Shown here in pieces: positions 13,412 to 23,972 of a stretch of DNA of 64,000 bases. The stretch spans positions 62,001 to 126,000 of the forward strand of contig NIVC01000733.1 in the NCBI GenBank assembly GCA_002269645.1, in the 5' to 3' direction. Each line of letters opens with the position of its first letter. The first letter of the stretch is position 1. Both the position numbers and the translations under genes were made by a program. Below the pieces are notes generated by a model, which saw only the letters and a program-made list of their open reading frames with translations, had not been told where the DNA came from and did no database searches. The DNA comes from Macrostomum lignano (Eukaryota).

Positions 13412-16400
13412 CTTTCCCCCCTGTCCTGGCTTTCTTGGCACAGCAACTTTCGGATCGATCTGAAATGTCAAACAGATGCAATTGATCAGTTTTAAAATAG
13501 AATAAGCCTTCAAAAGTAGAGAGAATATTTTGAGCATAAAAAACCACATTAACTACTACTTTTTTGTCCCCAGAGCTCTGCAACAGAGCCGGACTAGACT
13601 ATTAAAAAACACTTGTACATCATAAAATTTAAAGAATAGTTACACTCTGCAGTACCTCTTTGTCTCACAATTTTTCCACTTCAAACCATGCCACTCTCCT
13701 CTCCACTCTCCCTCTCCCATCTCGTCCAATCCGACACACATTCACCCTTCTTCTCATACAAAATTTATGCAGTTTGAGACTTTGCCAGCTCATTAACTGG
13801 GTCCCCTAAAGTCCCCCCCGCTCTGATGAAGCGGTTAACGAAAAAAAACTCTTCAATCCTTGATGAAGCAGCCTCTCGCTGTTTTGTGTGCCGAGAAAGT
13901 TTCTGAGCACATTTCCCTGTAGGGAATTCAAATTACCAGTTGTATTACTCAGATCTGCAGCTCAGCCAACGCCTCAGCTAATCTCTACAATTATAGCGCT
14001 TTTGAGATTTACAAGGCTGCCAATTTTATTATCAGTGCAATTCAGATTGCAGCCTAAACTAAATAACCCTTTAATCCTTTGCTAAAAATTATACGATGTA
14101 CCACAGGGCTGGACTGGAAAAGTGTACCATCTGGTACATAAGGATCTGCTCCAATTACTCAATCCGTTCTACTCCCTTTCTCTGCTGTGTTCCCCTGCCT
14201 CTGTCTGGACTGTCTTTACTTCTTCTTTCTATATAGTATTCTCTGCCTTGAGCATCACCTCGTCTCCCCTTTTACCTACAGATGGGGCCGGCTACCCCCC
14301 TGTATTTCCTCATCCACCGCGCTCCCCTCGCCCGGATACAGTCTCGCCTCAATTTTTCTACCTCAACTACCCCTCCCACTCTCTCTCTGTCTCACCCCGC
14401 CTTCCCTTTTCCCTTTGCCCGCCTCCTCAAATGCGAGAGGGGGGCAAGCGCCACAGATGCAGCGAGCGTCACTTTCTTTTCTCTCTTTCTCTCTCTGCCC
14501 CTCACACGGCCTCATCTTCTCTGCTTGCCGCCGGAGGGGAGGCGGGGCAGCAGGCGGCTTGTTCTAAAGCAGCAATCTAGGATAGGAAGGGGCGGAGTTC
14601 CTTTCTAACAAGGTACGCCGAATTGCTGCTGCTGCTGACGAAGTTTTCTGACAAAAAAACTCGACACAAATTCAACTAACTATGGGAAGAGACCGCCTGC
14701 GGCCATGGCTACATAGGAACCTTGGAGACTCATGCACAGCACAAAATCTACAGATATATATGTGTTTGTAGGCCTTTTGGAAGGAGAGGAATCTTCTCGT
14801 CTCTTTTTTTCCTTCATCAAAGCCGGATCGAGGAGGGATAGGCTGGTCTAACAGAGGTCTAGCCTTAGGCCCTAGGAAATTCTTCCCCAAAACTCGGAGT
14901 CTGCAAGCTTCATCTGTTCCCATAGTCTACAGAGCTGCAGTAGAGAGAGAGTCGCTACTCCCGCTTGTTGCAGGCATTGAGTTTGATTGTCACTGTTGGG
15001 CTCCTCAAACTTCCTTCTTCCTGCATAGCTACTGCCGTTCTGCCGTGTGTGTGCTGACAAAATACACACCCGAACTCCCCCTGCCTCGCTAGATACACAA
15101 CGAGAACGAGCGACGTCCAGCCTTTTGCTGCTTCAGTAAACTTTGACTATTCCTGCATCTTCTTCTGCCCCCTTTCTGTTAGCTGTTGGCTTTGCTTCCG
15201 CACAGTTTCTCCCTAAAACCTCGCTTTCCCACCTTTACACTTTATTCTATATAGCCAAGCGAAAGCCTCAGAAATCCTCCAGGAAACTCTGAAATATGCC
15301 AGTTACTTTCTCCTGAGTCCTTTTCCTTTCGATTTTTTTCAGATCAGCCTCCTCCTACAGCAACAGGTGGCTGAGTGACTCGTGACTACAAATGCTTTCT
15401 ATAGAACCCCATTTTCAACCCACTTTCTCTATCCTGAAGTTTGCTACTATCAACAACGGAATCCAGCAGGGTATCAAGGAAGTCAGTTGACTCCTCCACT
15501 CTCCAAGGAAACGTGAGAGCATAGTGACCAAACATTTTTCTTGCAATAGCTGGGCGCAAAACTTTGTTGGAGCTTCTATCTCTAAACGGTATATTCGGTA
15601 CATATTAGAAACTGGTAAAATTCATTCAAGAGCTCTATATCAGTTCAATGCATGCTGCAATACAATACAATACGCCTTCGCTTCTGTGCCAACGTTTTGA
15701 GGTTTGAGTTACGCGAGCTTTGTGTGCTTAAGAAGTGTTTGCTTTATAAATGCTTATGCATCAACGCGACGCAGTACAGTAATGCTGTTGAAGCTCCATC
15801 TAATACTCTCGATTATTGACATACACAGTGTAATAGAACCGTTGGTAAACGTCAAGCAATCTTAGAGTAGTTAAGAAAAGGATTAATAAGCGAGCATGCA
15901 TAATACCTTTTTAGACTCGAGAAAGTGTGGCGCGCTTTCCAACACTCTGTCAACGCTGCCGGGGTCAGCGAATGTGACGAAGCCAAAGCCTCTGCAGAGC
16001 GGGAGACAATGAATAGGATAGCATTTGCTTTTCTTTGCACATTACAATCTTCTGTCAGATCTTGTCTTCGAAAAAGCTCCTAAAACTGCAGCAGCAGCAG
16101 ATGCTTAAAGTCACACGCTTCTAAAACCTCGAGATGGCATCGCAGCTCAAGCATCAGACCTGTGCACACCTTAACCCCCGGCTTCATCTCCGCATGTGTG
16201 GTTCGCATAAAACTTCGATGTTTGGTTTGTAAAATATAATGTAATTTGATATATGGGGGGTTCGTTTTTGAGATTTTCTAAATTCAAGGAAGCCAAGAAA
16301 GTATATAGACATGGAAATGACGATATTTCTTAGTTGCATACATTATACTAGGGAGGAGAAGCTCTAAAGAGTGCTTTAGGGTTGAAAGAATAGAACAGTG

Positions 16401-17001
16401 GGAACTCATCACCTGCTGCTTTCATATGTTCGGTAGCTATGACTGCCTTTCATCGACAAGAAATTCCCCATTACCTAAAGAAAGGTGTCTTTATGTAGCT
16501 GAATTACAAAATTTATTATTGCGCTTACCTCGATCGCTTTGAAATTGGATCCTTCATTATCATGTACTCCTTAATTTCGCCAAATTTTATAAAGTACTGA
16601 TGCAACAGCTCTGAAACAGACGAAATGGTTGTTTTTTAAGGATTTTAAGTTTAGCGCTAGATTGAGGAAATTTCATAGATGCCAATGACTTTCAGTCACC
16701 TGGAGCAGTTGTTGGGCTAAGTCCTCCAACGAACATTTTTCTGGAACAATTGATAAAAACCAAAACGTTTATTTGAATACTATCGAGTAGTTGATGTTCT
16801 AAAAGATACATGTATTTAACTGCATGTTTTTGTTCGAAACCGATGTAATCATTTAAATATACAGTACTCGTAATTTTTTGTCCCTTGATACTTAAGGATC
16901 GGATTAGATTCCAGTAAAAGTACTCACCCAGGATCGTTAGATCCAAGACCATTCATAGCCGCTTCCTCCGGGCTTCCACTTTCAATCGCATCCATTGTCA
17001 T
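13412..17001 (-). CDS. msi: Musashi-family RNA-binding protein, 5' part (RRM1); gene continues beyond the left edge of the window
   Basis: Manually spliced exons with GT-AG sites and matching phases: 17001-16928, 16740-16700, 16610-16529, 15991-15907, 13459-13412. Translation: [110 protein letters not shown]. RNP2 (MFVGGL), RNP1 (RGFGFVTF), the DPG/KMF and IDPKVA motifs and the intron positions match Musashi/hnRNP A/B-D class proteins. No RRM2 exon found in 1-13411. Confidence 0.88.
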
Positions 17002-20000
17002 GATGAATAAATTAAATGCAAACAAACAAGCTGAAAGATAATTTAGTTATAGTTATAGCGAAGCGAAGATGGCAGGTTCATTCGCCTGATATATGTCGCT
17101 AATGCTTCTGTGAAGTTGAGAGAGTTCGTTTAATATACACTGGCGAAGAAAGAAAATACAATCAGAATCTTGCAATCTATCTGAAGTAATCTAATTGGAC
17201 GAAAAGTTTTGTGGAGTTCAAAAGATTGTCTAAGAGTTTTCGTGCTAATTTTTGAAAAGCATATTCGTTATAAAATAGTATTCAACTTATTTTAAAGCTT
17301 TTAAAATTACTTTCGTGTGAAAACGTTTTAGCTAAGCTTTTTTGTTTGTTATACCACGCAAATATTTAGCAAATTTTAAGCTCGTGAAATACGGAGAAAA
17401 AATCTTGCAAATTGCAGCTTGTACTCCCCTTGAGGGCCTCGCCCACAACGGCGCGAGTTTGAGCTTGTGGTAAATGATGGATATAATTACTAATGCTTAT
17501 ATCTTGCTAATACCTGTTCATAATTTTAAATTGGAATATTTTCAACGTTTATTTGATATTTTTTTATCTCCGTTTCGATTATTAATCAATAATCAACCAT
17601 TGCGTTGATAAGTCTTAAATTATACTTCTTAAAACCTTAAGACGAAGTGAAGACATAAACATGCTAGCCTTCATGCCACATGGTCAAGATAAGTAATAAA
17701 AAAGTTATCAAACTAAAATTAACAATGTAGTATTTTTATTTTTTTTAAATCAACATCTTATTCTTAGTAATGTATTTTGTTTTGCTTTATTTTTAAGTAG
17801 ACTATCATGATCTGATGATCATTAATCTTAGGCCTAGGCCTATGAGTATGAGTAAGCCTAATAATTATTAATATTTTCGATTTAGGCTAATATTACTTGT
17901 ATTTAGGCCTATCCATTTCATTTCTATGCTAAATAGTGAATAGCTAGGGGCCTAATATAATTTTGCTTTTTCAACTATCTAACTATGTCTAAGCTGGGTC
18001 TGGGTCTAAACTTAAAGGCTAAGTATTACATTTATAAAAAATAGAAATAAAATTTTATATTATGAATATAATCCACTTTGGTAATAGCCATTTTGGTAAA
18101 AGCCACCAGTAGGCCCTAATAGTAGTGTGTAGATTTATGACTGTCAATAATAGGCCTAGTTTATATGTATAGTTATTAAGTTTAGCAATAATTAGTTTAT
18201 TAGTTAACATTTCAAATATCTTATTGCCACAAAAGGTTAAATTTTATAATTAAACTGTATTATAATTTGTTTAAACTTGCATGTTAATTCTGTAAAAAGT
18301 TTGAAGGTAACAAAAATTAAACCATGCAAGCTTGCATATATTGAAAATAAAATTTTTAAATAATTAATAAAGAAAAAAGTAGATTCTATAATTTTAAGTT
18401 GCTATTTGCTAACTAGATCAGGGATTCTAATATATGTATAATATATAATATTTAGTTAATTAGAGGGATGTCTTGGTGTATCATATATCTAACTCATCTA
18501 GAAATTAAAATAGATTGGTTAAAACACTTTAAACAAGTAAACACATATAGATATGCATATATTTTGTTGTTCTTTTTAAAATTTTGTTTGCACATTCTTT
18601 TGGAGCATATCAATGAATATATACTATTCTCACTTGTTACCAAAGTGGCTATTATTGAAATGGCTATTACTGAAATTGAAATGGACTATTACCTAATATT
18701 ATTAGGCCTATTGCTTAGGCCAGGTCAGGAATTAGCCAAAATATTTGCAGCAATATTTGGTCAGATGACTAAAGTCAGATGACTAAACTAAAGTTTAGTA
18801 GAAAGATAGGAAGCCTAGTTTCTTAGAATTTTTTTAAAGGTAGGTTCTAAAAAATACACTATAAAGATAAGAAGTTTTCATTTTTCAGCACAAATTTTTT
18901 TATTGCTTTTGATAGGAGGCAGATCCAGTGTTTATCGTTTGATATGTTATGCCTTTCTTATTGCTCTATTGAGATTTGTAAGCTTTTCATTCAAAGAATT
19001 TGGATTCTATATTAATTTTTATTCAAGGCTATGTACATTTCTTGTATCTAACAATCATAAAAATGCATGGCATGGCACCAACCTTAGGTTTTATAAATAT
19101 ATTTTATCATCTATGGTACAAATATTTGTTACACAATACTAAACCTCTCTAACCTATAGAAGTTTCAGAAGTCTATAGACTTTATGCTTTTAGATTACTC
19201 AAATTCGGCAGTTGATAGAAATCTTAATACTTTCAGTGGGTTATAACTTAATTGTTAGAGTAATAGAAGTATAATTGAAAAGTTGCTTGTTTGATTCTTG
19301 ACCCACTTGGAACAATTTGTATCTTTGAGCAAGACATTTAATTCTGTTGCTTTAGCTCACCATGCTATAAAGTGGGTATTAGTGAGGTGGGGATAGAGAA
19401 TAGAAATAAGAATATGACAGTCATCTATAGTTCTGACACTAAGGAGGGGTGGTTTACTATATTCAATTTCTACCTGCATTTAGCTTGCACAATAAAGCCA
19501 GAAAAATTATGCAGTTAATTCTTATTATTTCCACCAAGTTACTTTGTTTGCTAGGATCTTCAATTCTAGGGGAGGGTAGTTGAAGTCATAGTTGAGCAGT
19601 CATAAATGGCATGGTCATTCAGATTCTGAGACACCATATGAGTATTCAATGCACCTCAAATAGCTTTAAAGCTTACTATAAGTAGTGTATTGCTGCCACC
19701 ATGATATAATTAATATATGGGATTCTCAGAACTTGCTTAGAGTTGAGAATTGATTATTTTGTGCCCTACAAGCAAAATATTCAAGATAATGTTAGGCTTA
19801 TTGATCAAACAATGCATTAAATATGGGTTATTTAGATTTTTTTTACTGGATAAAGTTCAATTGTTGAGCCAATAATATAGGATGGATTTAGGGGCCATGG
19901 TGCAGAGAGGCAAATTTAGTTGGTGTCTAGTAAGTAATAAAATAATAGCACTAAGCAGAAGAAAGGTTTGAAAAGCAAAAATGGGGAAAAGTTAGTTGTG

Positions 20001-20440
20001 TCCAACTTACACAGAACATTAAATAGGGGGTGAATACCCCATTCCACAAGTAGGGCACATGATTTGGGGCAACAAGTGGGAAAAGCATTACAGACATTGG
20101 TTCCAGGTGTGGACTTGTTAAAAAAACAGCAGAAGTTAAGGCAAAAAATAATAGAAACCAGCAGAGGAGACAATGTATGGGGCATACAAAGGAGGAAGAA
20201 AGACACCAAGTGGGCCAAAGGCGGGGCCGATTGGGGGGACAAGGGTGACAACACTGTGGTCAGCGCTGGGGCACACTGGTAGCAAAATTTCCCAGAATAA
20301 ATCATAAAAATGTCATGATACAAGAAACCTACTATGCCAACTTTCAATCCATCTCAATTTTCACTGCATGAAAGTGCAGTTGCTTTTTACAAATTAATCT
20401 GCAAGTCCATATATACTGACAAAAAAACAATTGTGCCAAC

Positions 20441-22539
20441 ATGTTTCGCAACCAGTACGACCATGACGTCATCATATTTAGTCCCCAGGGTCGAATCCAT
20501 CAGATTGAGTATGCTATGGAAGCCGTGAAACAGGGCTCAGCCACTGTTGGAGTGAAAAATGGCACCCATGCCGCTCTGGTGGCACTTAAGAGAGCGCCAT
20601 CTGAGTTGTCTTCTTTTCAGAAGAAGATTATACCAGTGAGTTTTTTGAATATCTATGAAGACTACGGAATTTAATTTAATAGCTGTTATGTGAGTCGTAT
20701 AGAGTTAGAAGCCATGTCCTAGAAACTGGAGCCCGAATTTTTTTACTTTAGAATACTGACCCTCAGAAGCCTGTCAAGCCCGACCCTCAGAAGCCTGGCC
20801 CTCAGAAGCCTGGCCCTCAGAAGCCTGGCCCTCAGAAGCCTGGCCCTCAGAAGCCTAACCCTCAGAAGCCAGATCCTCAGAAGCCTGACCCTCAGAAGCC
20901 TGGCCCTCAGAAGCCTGACCCTCAGAAGCCTGGCCCTCAGAAGCCTGGCCCTCAGAAGCCTGGCCCTCAGAAGCCTGGCCCTCAGAAGCCTAACCCTCAG
21001 AAGCCAGATCCTCAGAAGCCTGACCCTCAGAAGCCTGGCCCTCAGAAGCCTGACCCTCAGAAGCCTGACCCTCAGAAGCCTGACCCTCTAAAAGCCAGAC
21101 CCTTAGAAGCCTGACCCTCAGAAGCCTGGCCCTCAGAAGCCTGACCCTAAGAAACCCGACCTTTAATAGCCTGACTCTCAGAAGCCTGAACCTAAGAATC
21201 CTAACCCTTAAAAGCCTGAAACTAAAAATCCTGACCCCCAGAATCCTGACCTCCACAGCCTGACCCTAAGAATGCTGACCCCCAGAGCCTGACCACAAGA
21301 ATCCTGACCCCAATAAGCTTGATCTTCCGCAGTTGCAACTAAACAAACAAAACATCCCAGAAACTAGTCATTATTCTCCCGCCCTCCAAATTCAGATTGA
21401 CAGCCACATTGGCGTATCGATCGCCGGACTGACAGCCGACGGTCAAGTGCTAAGCCGATTCGCTCGAGACGAATGCTTCAATCATCGTTGGGCCTACGAC
21501 AGCGCCCTGACTGTTAGCCGTTTAGTTGATAATTTGGCCTCGAAATTGCAGGTACCAACTCAGGTGTACGGTAAGCGACCGTTCGGAGTTGGACTGCTGA
21601 TTGCTGGCTTTGATATTGGCATTGGGCCGCGCGTGTTCTACCAGTGCCCGTCTGCTAACTATTACGATTGCAAGTCTATCGCTATTGGGGCCAGATCGCA
21701 GTCTGCTAGAACTTATCTGGAGGGTAAACTGGACGAGATTGCTGCCACAAAAACGCCTGAGGAGCTGATCAAGTATGTGTACTGCGATTTGTTTGACACT
21801 CTGCAAATATTTTGCTGTTAGTTGTCTACCCTAGTTCTGTAGTAGGTTTTGTCAGGCTACCTTAGTTCTGTAGTAGGTTTTGTCTGGCTACCTTAGTTAT
21901 GTAGTAGGTTTTGTCTGGCCACCTTAGTTCTGTGGTAGGTTTTGTCAGGCTACCTTAGTTCTGTAGTAGGTTTTGTCAGGCTACCTTAGTTCTGTAGTAG
22001 GTTTTGTGTGGCTACCTTAGTTCTGTAGTAGATTTTGTCAGGCTACCTTAGTTCTGTAGTAGATTTTGTCAGGCTACCTTTGTTCTGTAGTAGATTTTGT
22101 CAGGCTACCTTAGTTCTGTAGTAGGTTTTGCCTGTTCTGTAGTAGTTTCTGTAGTGAGTAGAATGTTTCTATTTCTAGTATTTATAGTAGTACTTTTTGT
22201 ATTGTTTATAATACATCTTACAGGGCGATAAGTGTCCGTAATTAAAACCATACTCCGTCTGCCCTCAGACACGGTCTAATTGCTCTGCGCAACACCCTGC
22301 CTAACGAGATGGAGCTCAGCGTCAAGAACTGCTCAGTAGCACTCGTTGGCTCCGATATAGATTTCACCGTCTACGAAGACTCAGCTGTTGAGCCATATTT
22401 GGCTTTGATTCGCGAGGAGCCTTCAGCGGGCGCCGCCGACGATGGTCAACCGTCGACACAGTCGACTTCCGGCGATGGTGCCGCCGGCCCTGGCAGCAGT
22501 GGAGCCGCCGAAGGCGAGGTTCGGATGGAGGAGGCGTAA
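20441..22539 (+). CDS. PSMA1: Proteasome subunit alpha type-1 (alpha6), 3 exons, ~280 aa
   Basis: join(20441-20635, 21396-21772, 22269-22539). N-terminal [33 protein letters not shown] signature; [15 protein letters not shown]; [13 protein letters not shown]; [14 protein letters not shown]; [15 protein letters not shown]. All introns GT-AG with consistent phase. Confidence 0.96.
20755..21310. repeat. 15-bp minisatellite (cctggccctcagaag)n in PSMA1 intron 1
   Basis: Tandem array decaying at its 3' end. Confidence 0.95.
21825..22135. repeat. 31-bp minisatellite in PSMA1 intron 2
   Basis: (gctaccttagttctgtagtaggttttgtcag)n. Confidence 0.95.
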
Positions 22540-22704
22540 TTAATGAAACTTGAAAGACTCTTCTATGATGTAGCAAATAATTAAATACCTATCTGTTTAT
22601 GTTCTTGCTGTCTATCTACTCTGGGATGCAATTTAAAATATTATACGCTACATGTCGGTAGTTTAACTAAAAAGTTTTCAACTTTAATTTTCAGTTATTT
22701 AATT

Positions 22705-23150
22705 ATACGCTACATATCGGTAGCCTAGACATTGTCCACTTCCAGGGGAGGTTCCTATATCGTCCTGGGTTTAATTCCAACTTTTGTTTAATACGCTACA
22801 TATCGGTAGCTAGACATTGTCCACTTCCAGGGTAGGTTCCTATATCGTACTGGTTTTAATTCCAACTTTTGTTTAATAGGCTACATATCGGTAGCTAGAC
22901 ATTGTCCACTTCCAGGGTAGGTTCCTATATCGTCCTGGTTTTAATTCCAACTTTTGTTTTATACGCTACATATCGGTAGCTAGACATTGTCCACTTCCAG
23001 GGTAGGTTCCTATATCGTCCTGGTTTTAATTCCAACTTTTGTTTAATACCGTACATATCGGTAGCTAGACATTGTCCACTTCCAGGGGAGTTTCCTATAT
23101 ATTCCTGGTTTTAATTTCAACTTTTGTTTAATACGCTACATATCGGCAGG
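22705..23150. repeat. 85-bp tandem repeat, ~5 copies, between PSMA1 and GART
   Basis: Unit starts at 22791 and 22876 (atacgctacatatcggtagctagacattgtccacttccagggtaggttcc...). Confidence 0.93.
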
Positions 23151-23959
23151 TAGGCATTCTCAACTGCTAAGGCAATTCATATTTAATCCCCAGGCTCAAG
23201 CCTAAAAAAGGTAATTTGATACGCTACGTATCGGTAGTATAATATTGTCCACTCCACAAACCCAGTGAATGTATCTATGTATCGAATACTAATAATTAAA
23301 GTGTAAAACGTGTTCGTTACATAAATTACGAACTTGTTTAGCTTGCTTTGTAAGCCTAGAATGAATAGAATGTCTCACGTAATTATTGCTTAAATTGGCG
23401 CCTGATTTATTTTGTCTCTTAATAAAAGAGAACTATACTACTAGCCGGTTGAATATACTACTTATTCATATACTACTCAAATAAGCTCGAGAAGCATTTC
23501 TATTATTATTATTCTTATTTCTAAATAAAGAAACGTAATTAGCATACCTTCTGCAGGCTAAAATGAAAGGTCTTTAGTTTCTTTGTCTCCGTCACTTGTT
23601 AATTTTTACTTACTAAATATCACTAAATTTATAAGGTAATGTATTTTGATATGCTCTATCCTGAACTGCAACCACCAAGTTGGCCGTTTCTGCTGTTTAG
23701 AAGCGTTTTCTTTTCAAAAAATAAATATATGCGAAGTCTACGAAAAGTTAAGAATACAAGCTTAGAGAGAAGTTGTTTGACTTGATACTTTAATCATATC
23801 ATTAGAAATTTGTAGACGCTAGAAATTAGGCAGCTAAACTGAAGTTTCTGAGATATGAAGTATGAAGCACCCTAAAAGATTTAAAGTTAATCCCTCGGGT
23901 TCTTGTTGAGCAATTAGTCAAATTATGAATGCATGTGCATAACCTTCGCCTCATGCTAT

Positions 23960-23972
23960 TTCATTATTCTAG
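23960..23972 (+). promoter_or_regulatory. Unpaired 3' splice acceptor in front of GART (candidate SL trans-splice site)
   Basis: ttcattattctag|GCT ACG GTC; the TAG of the acceptor is itself an in-frame stop. Confidence 0.65.

Noticed and set aside
11734-13583. 412-598 aa repeat ORFs (VTEIQTG, SLKYRLG, ISVTPVC)
   Set aside because: 21-bp minisatellite open in several frames on both strands; only 13412-13459 is a real exon.
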